Source of the DNA: a virus
Lineage: Duplodnaviria; Caudoviricetes
Virus record (IMG/VR): IMGVR_UViG_3300027987_000011
Span: 1 to 56,191 of that record
Length of the DNA stretch: 56,191 nt
Direction: 5' to 3' (one strand)
Part shown: positions 7,317-15,949 of the stretch, piece after piece
Position numbering within the stretch: the first letter of the stretch is position 1
Layout of the letters: each line of letters starts with the position of its first letter
The notes under the pieces: model-generated
Databases searched by the model: none
Seen by the model: only the letters and a program-made list of their open reading frames with translations
Told to the model about the DNA's origin: nothing
Position numbers and translations under genes: made by a program

Positions 7317-8014
7317 CGGCTCCCGATGCGAGCCGTGCGGAACGCCCTGACCAACTCCTCATTGAAGTAGCGGTTCCACTTCGAGTCGTAGGTCTTCTTC
7401 GCGTTGCCGAAGAACTCGTAGACGGGTTCGATCTCCGCGCTCTCGTGGAGAATCCACATAAGCTGCACGTTCGGGTCATCCTTCAGTCCGAACCGCTGCC
7501 CCGGAGCCGTCTTCGTGAAGCCCTTCTGCCTGCGGCCCAGGCGTTGGAACACGCCGAACTTCCCATCCTTAAACGGGACGAGAAACGTGCGCTTCAGCTT
7601 GCTCGGCCTCATGCGTGCCGGGATGAGCCCGGAGGCTAGGCGCTGAAGGCCGACAGGAGAGAACTGCGACTCTTCCTGCGGTGGGATCGCGAGCCGCTTC
7701 CTGCCGAACGTGGGCTCGCGTCTCCCGCCGTACTCCTGCCTGCGCCAGATGTCGAACTTGGGGACCTTGCCCTTCGGGTCGATGCCCATGACGCCAGTCA
7801 GGTCACTCACCTTCGCGAACTGGAGGATCTTCACCGACTGATCCCAGTACTGCTTCTTCCTGATCTCGAAGACCCTGCGCTGGTGGTACCGCTGGTACCT
7901 CTGCATCTCCAGAATCGTTCGGTTGATCGCCTTGTAGGTCGCGAACGGGAACTGGCGGGAGATGGTGTTGAACATGGCCCGAACCCTCCGGGCATCGACC
8001 TTGACTTGGAACAC
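7313..8014 (-). CDS. Basic phage protein, possibly gpZ-like tail completion protein
   Basis: FATYKAINRT N-terminal motif and very basic composition. GTG 8014 after GGAGGGAG. Confidence 0.5.
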   Translation of the reverse strand: MFQVKVDARRVRAMFNTISRQFPFATYKAINRTILEMQRYQRYHQRRVFEIRKKQYWDQSVKILQFAKVSDLTGVMGIDPKGKVPKFDIWRRQEYGGRREPTFGRKRLAIPPQEESQFSPVGLQRLASGLIPARMRPSKLKRTFLVPFKDGKFGVFQRLGRRQKGFTKTAPGQRFGLKDDPNVQLMWILHESAEIEPVYEFFGNAKKTYDSKWNRYFNEELVRAFRTARIGSR

Positions 8015-8247
8015 TACTGCTCCCTCCAGTGCCTCAGTCGGATCTCCACCAACGTGTTGCAGAGTGATCCGTCCCTGAGCAGGCGGGCGCACTGGTAGGT
8101 CTGGATCACGTCGTCGGGTCCAATCTCGGGATCGGTCAGCGCGTGCGCCAGCATCCTCATCGCAGCGTCGGTGTTCCGAAGTCGCACCGGAGCGTGGCAT
8201 GACGGGCAGCGAGCGGTGAGTCTCCACACCTTGGGTCTAACCAACAC
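8014..8247 (-). CDS. Small Zn-finger-like hypothetical protein
   Basis: CPSC plus two further Cys. Coupled to both neighbours. Confidence 0.5.
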   Translation of the reverse strand: MLVRPKVWRLTARCPSCHAPVRLRNTDAAMRMLAHALTDPEIGPDDVIQTYQCARLLRDGSLCNTLVEIRLRHWREQ

Positions 8248-10165
8248 CGACCCCCGTCGAACGTACTCGCCTGCTCACGGGCTTCACGCCCCCCGCCTTG
8301 ATCGCCGCAGCGATGGTGTCGAGCCGCACGCCGCTCAGGAACGCACCCTCGAACGCACCCAGGGCGTACACGCGGCAGTCCAGAGTCTCAGCGCGGCGAC
8401 CGGGGCGACGAATCCACACCCTCTTCAGGTACCCGTTCGGGGACCTCCGCACGACGACAAGCTCCGATGTCATCTGACGGAAGTACTCCTCGTCGTAGGG
8501 CTCGCGAGCGGGGAAGTGGGCGTAGCCTGGGATCGCCTCACCCTCCCATCCTTCGGGCTGCTGGATGCGGAGGTGGCTCATCACGACCGTCTTCGCCGTG
8601 TCCACGCCCATCGGGTAGAGTGGGACCTTGAACTTGTTCTTGATCGTGGGGCGGTCCCAGATCGGACGGCCCTCGCCCGCGATGCCCTTGATCGGCCAGA
8701 TGTTCGCAGCGCGTCGCGTGTGGCAGTACTTGTATACCTGCTGCGTCAGGTACCCGGAGTCGATGGCGGCGGCGAACACCTTCAGCTTCATGCCGCTCGG
8801 GTGCTGGAACTGACGTGAGAGTACGTGGTCGAGTGTCTGCCAGACCCCACCCTCCAGCGTCGGGTCGCCTGGGATGCGCAGGTAGTTCAGCGACCACGAC
8901 TCGTACCCCAGGCCCCAGCCTACAAGCTCGACCTCCAGGCGGTCGGCCTGGATGTCCACGCCAGCCGTGACCAGCAGTACTCCGGGCGGCACGGGCTCTT
9001 CGGGGTAGACCTCGCAACGTGCCAGCAGCGGGTGCGCGTCGAGGCGGAACCCCGCCTCTTTGAAGACCTCGCCCAGCACGGTGTTCACCCAGACCTGCAA
9101 CCGGAGGCGGTCGCCCTTCGAGTTCAGGAAGCCCGACACGATCTCCTGCCACTTCATCCACGGCGAGTAGAGCGCGTTCAGGTGGAACCCGATGGACTTG
9201 GGGCGCTTCACCGGAGCCTCGGAGCGGTGCCACGACCCATCCTCCGGGTCCAGATGTCCGTCGAGCCAGCGCCCGTTGAGCAGCATCCACATCTTCTTCC
9301 GCTCTGGGATCAGCGCACCGCAGGACTCGCAGGTGTACTCAGCCGTCTCGGGTAGGTGGACGCCTGAGTCGTCATCCTTGTCCCACACGATCTGGCTGAA
9401 CTCCAACGTCTGCTCGTGGGTGCAGTGAGGGCAGGGGACGTGGTACTTGCGCACCACATCAGCTTCCTTCATCGCGGCTTCGATGCGGCTCAGGTTCTCC
9501 AGCGTTGGGGTGCTCGCGTAGAACAACAGCCGGTTCCAGAACGTCCGCGTCCTGGCCTCCACGAGATCCATCGGATCGCCCTCGGCACCCGCGCTGGGTG
9601 CCCAGCCGTCGATCTCGTCGCCCAGGATGATCCGGCGCGCACGCGACCGAAGGCCAGCGGGAGCGTTCGACCCAGCGATGGCGAGGTGCCCACCTGGGAA
9701 CTCCTTCTGGAGTGTCGTGTTGGTGGCGTCGCGTGCCTTACTCGCGGCGACGCGGCTGGCGAGCACTGGCGTCGCGAGGATCATGGGCGTGATCCGTTCC
9801 TTCGAGTACGCCTTCGCCTCTTTCTCACCGATCTGCACCATCAGGATCGGGGAGGGGTCCTGATGGATGTAGTAGCCCAGCACGTTGTTCAGCGCCTCGG
9901 AGCCGCCGATCTGCGCTGCCTTCTGGAAGATTACCCGCTCGACCCCCGGCTCAATGCAGGCGTCCATGATGCCGACGAGGTAGGGCGTGCGCTCGTTTCG
10001 CCAACGTCCCGGCTCGGCGCTCGTGTCGGGCAGGTAGCGATACTGGTCTGCCCACTCCGACACGAGTAGCTGCTTCGGGGGAGTCAGTCGCTCGACAACC
10101 GTCTCCCACGCTGCTCGCTGGGCGCGCTGACGTGACTGGGTGGGGCTCAGGACGGCGGTTGTCAC
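8237..10165 (-). CDS. terL: Terminase large subunit, lambda GpA family
   Basis: VSEWAD, TPYL, KAAQIGGSE (Walker A), GDEID (Walker B), STPT, PCPHC, AGVDIQ and ETLDCRVYA motifs. Confidence 0.95.
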   Translation of the reverse strand: MTTAVLSPTQSRQRAQRAAWETVVERLTPPKQLLVSEWADQYRYLPDTSAEPGRWRNERTPYLVGIMDACIEPGVERVIFQKAAQIGGSEALNNVLGYYIHQDPSPILMVQIGEKEAKAYSKERITPMILATPVLASRVAASKARDATNTTLQKEFPGGHLAIAGSNAPAGLRSRARRIILGDEIDGWAPSAGAEGDPMDLVEARTRTFWNRLLFYASTPTLENLSRIEAAMKEADVVRKYHVPCPHCTHEQTLEFSQIVWDKDDDSGVHLPETAEYTCESCGALIPERKKMWMLLNGRWLDGHLDPEDGSWHRSEAPVKRPKSIGFHLNALYSPWMKWQEIVSGFLNSKGDRLRLQVWVNTVLGEVFKEAGFRLDAHPLLARCEVYPEEPVPPGVLLVTAGVDIQADRLEVELVGWGLGYESWSLNYLRIPGDPTLEGGVWQTLDHVLSRQFQHPSGMKLKVFAAAIDSGYLTQQVYKYCHTRRAANIWPIKGIAGEGRPIWDRPTIKNKFKVPLYPMGVDTAKTVVMSHLRIQQPEGWEGEAIPGYAHFPAREPYDEEYFRQMTSELVVVRRSPNGYLKRVWIRRPGRRAETLDCRVYALGAFEGAFLSGVRLDTIAAAIKAGGVKPVSRRVRSTGVGVG

Positions 10166-10791
10166 ATGTCCCCCATCCAGAGGCGGATCTTCTTCGCGGT
10201 CGCGCTACCGATCCCAGGCAGGTCTGTCAGTTGATCGACTTCGATAAGGTCCACCAAGGTACGGACCCCTGCGGCGATGAGCTTACCACGTCCCGGTATA
10301 TCCTTGGGCAACCCCTCGGAGTCTTCGATCCGGCGCTCGGCTTTTCCGACGATGGAGCGGAGCGCGTCGTCGATTTCTCGGACGAGGACTTGCTGGATGT
10401 CTCGCGCATCGTCGAGTCCGACCAGTCGTGGAGCGAGAGCGCCAGGGAGGTTGCGGACGTTCGACCGCACGAGGTCGAACGCCTCGGCCATAGCTGCCTT
10501 GTGCGCTTCGATGGTGATGAGACTGCCTTCATGTTGGGCATACTCCAGTTCCCTCCGTCTGCGTTCGATGCGTGCCGTCAACAGCTTCTCTTGATTCAAC
10601 TCCGACGTGCGTGTGGTCCCCTCGCTCATCCGCCGCAGATACGCGATGTACTGTGCGACGCACTCCTGAAGGCGGTACTTCCCCCTCCCTTCTTTCGGAA
10701 GAACCCCCTCATCGGTTAGCTGGATCACCCGACGCTGGGTCACGTCCAGCCATGAGGAAAGTTCCTTCAGACCCACTACATCGCTCGGCAC
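10162..10791 (-). CDS. terS: Terminase small subunit (Nu1-like) with C-terminal HhH domain
   Basis: N-terminal wHTH (ELSSWLDVTQRRVIQL..EGVL...GKYRLQECV), coiled coil and LPGIGSATA HhH. Directly upstream of terL. GTG start at 10791 is inferred. Confidence 0.85.
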   Translation of the reverse strand: MPSDVVGLKELSSWLDVTQRRVIQLTDEGVLPKEGRGKYRLQECVAQYIAYLRRMSEGTTRTSELNQEKLLTARIERRRRELEYAQHEGSLITIEAHKAAMAEAFDLVRSNVRNLPGALAPRLVGLDDARDIQQVLVREIDDALRSIVGKAERRIEDSEGLPKDIPGRGKLIAAGVRTLVDLIEVDQLTDLPGIGSATAKKIRLWMGDM

Positions 10792-10793
10792 AC

Positions 10794-11606
10794 CTAGCGC
10801 CTGTCGGAGCCGACCATCGCGAGGCTCCGGTATGCCCGCAGGCGTGAGAGGAACCTTCCCACCACATCCATCTGCGCCCACTTCTCCGCGAGCGCCTGCC
10901 TACTCAGGTTCGAGGTGACGATGGTCGGGTGGCCCTCGCGTGCATCGAAGATCGTCTCGACCACCCGGAACGCATCCGGGGTCAGCTTCTCCGTGCCCGC
11001 GTCTTCGTAGACCCACAACCGCGCCTTCTGCCTACGCTCGCTGAACTCGTCCACGCCCCCAGTCGAGTAGCGGTCCTGAAGCTGCGTGACCATCCGACGA
11101 GCGGAGTCGTAGACGATCTCGTGGTGACGCAGCACACCCATGCGTAGAAGCTCGTGGACGACCGCGACCGCGAACTGGGACTTCCCCGTCCCCGTGCCCC
11201 CCCAGACGAAGAGCCCCTGCACCTCGCCATACTTGCCAGCGGACAGCACGTCTCCGATGAACGACCTACCTGCCGTCTCAGCTTCCCCACCTACATCAGC
11301 CAGGAGCAGCTTCCCGTGCCTTCTCACGTTCACGCCCACCTTCTCCAAGCCCTGAAGCCCTTCGATCTCGGGGGAGGTGGACCGGAACTCCGGGGTGGGG
11401 ATCGTGACCTGCCTGAACGCGCCGTAGCACTCGCGGCACATGGGTTGTACTTCGACGCCTGCTGGTAGGCGGATGTTGCCGCCCTTCGGCTTCTCGAACT
11501 CTTTCCCGCACTCGGAGCAGACCTGCATCTCCGGTTCTGGCTTCGGCGGCAGTGCCGCCCTCTTCTCGTCCAGGCGCGCCTGGATCGCCTCCGGTGTGTC
11601 ACCCAT
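10794..11606 (-). CDS. DnaC/IstB-like helicase loader ATPase
   Basis: Two CxxC, GGTGTGKS, YEDAGTE, TIVTSNL and RFLSRL motifs. Confidence 0.85.
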   Translation of the reverse strand: MGDTPEAIQARLDEKRAALPPKPEPEMQVCSECGKEFEKPKGGNIRLPAGVEVQPMCRECYGAFRQVTIPTPEFRSTSPEIEGLQGLEKVGVNVRRHGKLLLADVGGEAETAGRSFIGDVLSAGKYGEVQGLFVWGGTGTGKSQFAVAVVHELLRMGVLRHHEIVYDSARRMVTQLQDRYSTGGVDEFSERRQKARLWVYEDAGTEKLTPDAFRVVETIFDAREGHPTIVTSNLSRQALAEKWAQMDVVGRFLSRLRAYRSLAMVGSDRR

Positions 11607-12559
11607 CAGTCGTCCATCCGCTTGTAGAGTCGGCCAGCGGGGTCACGGGCGAACCCCTCGGGTATGTCATCGTCCTGCTGCTTGGCTGGGGCACCCAGGG
11701 GAAGTTCCGCCTGCTGGTGTGGGGCCGACCGCTTGACGGCCACCTCCAGCTTCGTCTGGAGTGTCCGAATCTGCCCCAGGTGCCCACGAGAGGATGCGTA
11801 CATGCGTTCGGTTCTCTCCGACTCACTCAGAAGCTCGTTCAGGGATGTGGCGATCAGCTTCTTCCTGTCGCCCGGAGCGAGTGGACCGAACCCTCTGGGT
11901 CCCGTGCCGTGCTCCACCCAGGTCTGCACGGTGCGAAGGTACCCGTGCTGACGACTCGTCTCGACGCGCTCCCTGAAGTAGTCCTGCATCGCTGATCGAC
12001 AGCCTGCCCAGATCGGATCATCCAACGCCTGACTCACTCGCTTGTCCAAGGCATGTGCTGGGGGGACTACAGGGGGGCTACCTCTACGTACTCCTTCTTC
12101 TTCTTCTACTACTGAGGGGTCGCCACGCGACCCCCTAGGTGCCCCTGTGGGGTCGTTGAACGACCTCACTGGGTTTTCTTCGGGTGCCTGAAGGTACTCT
12201 GAAGGCCCTGTGGGTGCGCTAGGCGACCCCATAGGGTCGTCTCCTGTGGGGTCGCTGGGCGACCCCCTAGGTGCCTCCACTGTGAGGTCGCCCGGAGAAC
12301 CCCTATCTGGTGGGACGAACTCGTAGAAGTCCGACCTCCCCCATCCCCCAGGGGTGCGTTGCAGCCATCCGTGCTTCACGGCGGAAGCCAAGGCACGGCG
12401 CACTCTTACGCGACCTCCGTGGTCTAGGATCTCGCTGAACGTATCGAAGGGAATCTCGTGCTTTCCCTTCCCCCTCGTCGCCACAAAAATCACGACGGAT
12501 CGGGCGTCAGAAATTATGCGGAGGTCCGTCGCTAGTTTTTCGAGATCCGCGTTCAGCAT
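11606..12559 (-). CDS. Putative replication initiator (lambda O-like architecture)
   Basis: N-terminal wHTH-like segment and a low-complexity linker encoded by DNA repeats. Directly upstream of the DnaC-like gene. Confidence 0.65.
   Translation of the reverse strand: MLNADLEKLATDLRIISDARSVVIFVATRGKGKHEIPFDTFSEILDHGGRVRVRRALASAVKHGWLQRTPGGWGRSDFYEFVPPDRGSPGDLTVEAPRGSPSDPTGDDPMGSPSAPTGPSEYLQAPEENPVRSFNDPTGAPRGSRGDPSVVEEEEGVRRGSPPVVPPAHALDKRVSQALDDPIWAGCRSAMQDYFRERVETSRQHGYLRTVQTWVEHGTGPRGFGPLAPGDRKKLIATSLNELLSESERTERMYASSRGHLGQIRTLQTKLEVAVKRSAPHQQAELPLGAPAKQQDDDIPEGFARDPAGRLYKRMDD
12116..12275. repeat. Iteron-like repeats inside the initiator gene (putative origin)
   Basis: GCGACCCCCTAGGTGCC at 12127 and 12259, CCTGTGGGGTCG at 12144 and 12243, and alternating GGGGTCG/CGACCCC heptamers. 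A CTT/ACT tract lies just to the left. Confidence 0.6.
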
Positions 12560-13110
12560 CAGCCGGGAATCCCCCCCGGCTGGAGGGATGCCAGTTGCTC
12601 GTCACGCTTCTCGGGGGGGACGCACTCCAGACCGGCGATGGAGAAGAACTGCTCCTCCGTCTCCGTGGGGACGAGTTCACCCGTGTGGATGTGTCGGGCA
12701 CGACCGTCCGCGTGCATGATGTCGAAGTCCCGGCAGCGGGTCACGACGTACTTCCCCAGGTCCGCAGGACCCGTCCTGATCGCCAGGATGGAGCCCCACG
12801 CTGCCGGGGGCCAGACGAGGAAGATGTCCACGTACTGATCCGCTTTCGTGAGGTGGAGGCGGATGTAGCGGTCCCCGTTCTTCACGAGCGTCCCGATGTC
12901 TGCGAGCGACGCCCGAAGGTCGTCGAGCAGGGGGGTCGCTTCCTTCGCGAACAGGTCCCGATTGAGATGGGGTCGTGCTACGAGTTCGATGTCCCCAACC
13001 GTCTCCCTTTGACGCCGCACAGAGCCCGCGATCTCGACCCGCTCCACCATCGGGGCGATCCGCTCGACAAGGTGCCCTGCGAGCCACGCAGCGTACTTCA
13101 GGTCCATCAT
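12559..13110 (-). CDS. Minimal DNA polymerase X / pol beta-like nucleotidyltransferase
   Basis: IAGSVRR, GDIEL, VDIF, IRTGP and TEEQFF...PPEKR motifs in 183 aa. Confidence 0.85.
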   Translation of the reverse strand: MMDLKYAAWLAGHLVERIAPMVERVEIAGSVRRQRETVGDIELVARPHLNRDLFAKEATPLLDDLRASLADIGTLVKNGDRYIRLHLTKADQYVDIFLVWPPAAWGSILAIRTGPADLGKYVVTRCRDFDIMHADGRARHIHTGELVPTETEEQFFSIAGLECVPPEKRDEQLASLQPGGIPG

Positions 13111-13114
13111 CGGT

Positions 13115-13390
13115 TCATCTCCTAGCGTTGGGAGTCTGGATCGACTCTGGGCAGATCAGTGTGACGTGAACGGAGTCGTCCACCTCGCCCGCCTGACCGA
13201 CCCATCGGTACACCTTCCCCGCCGTCCTGCAAGCTGCCCAGGGGGCGGGTACCACGATAGGGTCTATCTCCACCTCGGGGACGGCCCGGACCTCATCACT
13301 CCATCCGTGGAAGTACCAGCCCACGAACGCGCCCATCAGGTAGACGGACAGTGAGTAGGAGAGGAATCTTCCGGGCGTCATCCGCAGCAC
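13115..13390 (-). CDS. Hypothetical membrane-anchored protein
   Basis: N-terminal hydrophobic helix. Packed into the operon. Confidence 0.5.
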   Translation of the reverse strand: MLRMTPGRFLSYSLSVYLMGAFVGWYFHGWSDEVRAVPEVEIDPIVVPAPWAACRTAGKVYRWVGQAGEVDDSVHVTLICPESIQTPNARR

Positions 13391-13653
13391 CCTCCGTCGT
13401 CGGGGTCGCGCAGGCGCTTCATGTCGTTCCGGGTCGAGTGCAGTCGCTTCTTCAGGGGAGCCAGCACGTCGGCTGTCACCTCGACCGATTCAGCCTGCTC
13501 CATCGAACCGACCCACCCATGCACGAACGAAGCGAACCCCATCATCAACTCCAACTGCTCTTCTTGCCGAAGGATCAGCGTGAGCGCGTCTGCTGCTACG
13601 CCACCCCCTTCCTCCCTGAGCCGTTCCTTCAGCCGGTTAGTCTTCTTCCCCAT
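13378..13653 (-). CDS. Hypothetical protein
   Basis: ATG 13653 after GGAGGAG. Confidence 0.6.
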   Translation of the reverse strand: MGKKTNRLKERLREEGGGVAADALTLILRQEEQLELMMGFASFVHGWVGSMEQAESVEVTADVLAPLKKRLHSTRNDMKRLRDPDDGGCCG

Positions 13654-13788
13654 CAAGCTCCTCCATGACGCGCTCTCCCAGCGCGAGAATGTCGTCGAAG
13701 GCACTCAGACGTTCGTAATGGATCTTGGCTTCTCTGATCCCCCAGCGCAGCGACGACCAGACCCTCTTCAGCCACCGCCGAAAGTTCT

Positions 13789-14100
13789 TCATGCCCGCTT
13801 ACCGCCGTGTCGGTACCCGCGCCCCCGGTTGACTTCCATCTTCGCGAGGATCGCGCCTTCGAGGTCGATGTCGAGCCCGCCGCACAGGTCGAAGACGCGG
13901 ATCACGGTGTCTGCCAACTCCTCCGCGAAGTTGTCTCGGTCGTTCTTCCTCACGGCCTCCAGCGCCTCACTCACCTCGGAATGGATGAGGCACAGGCAGC
14001 GAATGATCGGGTCCACCTGATCGAAGCCGGTGGGCGTCTCGAATCCGTTCTGCTTCGCGATGGCGTGGCACTCCATGAGTGTCGAGTCGATGCCCGCCAT
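13789..14100 (-). CDS. MazG-like nucleotide pyrophosphohydrolase
   Basis: LIHSEVSEALEA and EELADTVIRVFD motifs. Confidence 0.85.
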   Translation of the reverse strand: MAGIDSTLMECHAIAKQNGFETPTGFDQVDPIIRCLCLIHSEVSEALEAVRKNDRDNFAEELADTVIRVFDLCGGLDIDLEGAILAKMEVNRGRGYRHGGKRA

Positions 14101-14249
14101 CAGCAGTCCACCCCGTCATCACGTAGCGCGTCGAGACAGGTGTCGATGTGATCGCGGATTTCCTTCAGCCGCTCGGCGGTCGTCTCTGGGTCCACGGTCG
14201 TGTCCCCGAAGATGTCGTCGATCCCGGCCTTCACCTCGTCTACGTCCAT
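14100..14249 (-). CDS. Small acidic hypothetical protein (49 aa, below the ORF track cutoff)
   Basis: MDVDEVKAGIDDIFGD...; fills the gap, and its stop overlaps the MazG start. Confidence 0.55.
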   Translation of the reverse strand: MDVDEVKAGIDDIFGDTTVDPETTAERLKEIRDHIDTCLDALRDDGVDC

Positions 14250-14251
14250 GC

Positions 14252-14788
14252 TCAGAACTCCAAGTGTTCGACGACCGGCCAGGAGATCCCCTGGAGCGCC
14301 GTCATGTGTAGCTGGGGAAGGTCAACGCGACCGTCCCACCCGTAGTGGTGCAGCGCCATCTGGAGCAGCCACAGCGCGTCCGACTCGTCGTGGCTACTGC
14401 CCTGGTAGTCGAGGCGACGGATCGCCTCACCGAAGGGGGCCTCTTTCTTACCGGAGCCCTTGCCCGTCGCGAACTTCTTCAGCTTGTTGGGTGCGATCTC
14501 CACGTATGGGATCGCCCTCTGATGAAGTCCCAGCCGGATTACTCCACCTAGCTCACCGATCTGGTGCCCACCCTGCTTCGCCATGTAGGCGTAGCCTTCG
14601 ATGACCACCACGTCGCAGTTGGTGACGACCTTCATCACCTGATGCAGTGCGTCCCAGAGCCTCGGGGCTCCGCGCCCCTTCGGATGGATCACGCCCGACT
14701 CCCACGCCGGTCCCAGGGCGGGCACGGTCTTCTTCGACCGCGCCCACCCGATGGACGTGAGAGACAGGTCCAACCCTGCCGCCCGCAC
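14252..14788 (-). CDS. RuvC-like Holliday junction resolvase
   Basis: GLDLSLTSIG, VVIEGY, LKKFATGKG and DESDA motifs. Confidence 0.85.
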   Translation of the reverse strand: MRAAGLDLSLTSIGWARSKKTVPALGPAWESGVIHPKGRGAPRLWDALHQVMKVVTNCDVVVIEGYAYMAKQGGHQIGELGGVIRLGLHQRAIPYVEIAPNKLKKFATGKGSGKKEAPFGEAIRRLDYQGSSHDESDALWLLQMALHHYGWDGRVDLPQLHMTALQGISWPVVEHLEF

Positions 14789-15543
14789 TACTCCTCGGGG
14801 AAGAGCGGCAGTTGATGCAGATGCTCCACGCGAGCGCCGATCTCGACGACCCGCTGAAGCTCCATCATCTCACGGAAGACGCGGGGTCCGAAGACCTCCA
14901 TCTCGTCGTAGAATCCCGTGAAGTCGGGACCCAGCAGCGAACCCGCCTGATCCAACTGGCGAAGCTCATGGTAGAGCGCGAACGTCCGCTGAAGCGGGTT
15001 CAGCGTCTTCCAGTGGTGGAAGTTGATCTCCAACGACGCGACGCTGCCATCGGTCAGGAAGCGCGTCCGCGTGTTGTGCTTCGCGACGTTGCCCCTGACC
15101 GTCTTACCTCCGCTCACCCACTTCTCTTTGTTCCGCCACAGGAACCGGACGGAGTTCGGGTTGACCGTGAGCTTTGGGCACCCACGGATCAGCACCGATG
15201 CCATCAGGGCAAGCTGGCTCGACTCGCAGTACTCGTCTTCCTCTTCGGCGGGCCACTGTTCGGGTGGCGTGAAGAGCGGATGCACGTCGATCAACTGGAG
15301 CAGCGAGGAGACTGCGCTGTCTGCTCCGATGATGTCGGCACCCTTGATGGACTCCCACACCTTCTCGGCGGTCTTCACATCCTTCTTCGAGGGTGTGGGT
15401 GCGACGTAGGGGGGGGACTCCGACTCCTGATCCTCGTCGCCTGGGGGGGCTTCGAGATTCAGGCCGTCCGTCGTCTCCTCTTCGATGCCCTCGTCTTCCG
15501 GCTCATCTGGTGGGGACTGCCTCTGCTGTGTCACGCTGACCAT
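14788..15543 (-). CDS. Putative phage metallopeptidase-like protein with acidic N-terminus
   Basis: FLW...GGKTVRG...W..L...LYHEL...PDFTGF pattern. The HExxH is degenerate (HELRQ). Confidence 0.6.
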   Translation of the reverse strand: MVSVTQQRQSPPDEPEDEGIEEETTDGLNLEAPPGDEDQESESPPYVAPTPSKKDVKTAEKVWESIKGADIIGADSAVSSLLQLIDVHPLFTPPEQWPAEEEDEYCESSQLALMASVLIRGCPKLTVNPNSVRFLWRNKEKWVSGGKTVRGNVAKHNTRTRFLTDGSVASLEINFHHWKTLNPLQRTFALYHELRQLDQAGSLLGPDFTGFYDEMEVFGPRVFREMMELQRVVEIGARVEHLHQLPLFPEE

Positions 15544-15949
15544 CTCTCCTCCGGTGGTGAATGATTCGGTCGATCAGTTGGTGATCGACCCACGAGCGAA
15601 CGACATAGCCACGCACGTACAGAGGGGACTGCTCGGAGCGAGTGGAGGGGGAAGGGCCGGGTGGCTCAGACCCAGCGGTGATGTCGGGCACCGTCCCTTT
15701 CGGGCCACCTTCCGCCCTCCACAGTCTGCGAAGCCATCGACTGGCACGGGAACTGCGTCTCGGCTCAGTCATGCGCTTGCTGCCCCTGATGGTATTGCTG
15801 GGCTGCGTCGATGCGCCTACGCGCCCAACGGATCGTCCCGAAGAGCCGGTCTGCCGCATCCGCCTCACCGCGACCGACACGGAGACAGGCGACACGATCT
15901 ACGACTCTGGGTGGCTCGACATGGACGACCCTCGCTGCGGTGCCCATCG

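Noticed and set aside
9335-9355. GTAC-N10-CGGGTAG inside terL (and an N9 variant near 3681)
   Set aside because: Wrong spacing and coding context, so not counted as motif copies.
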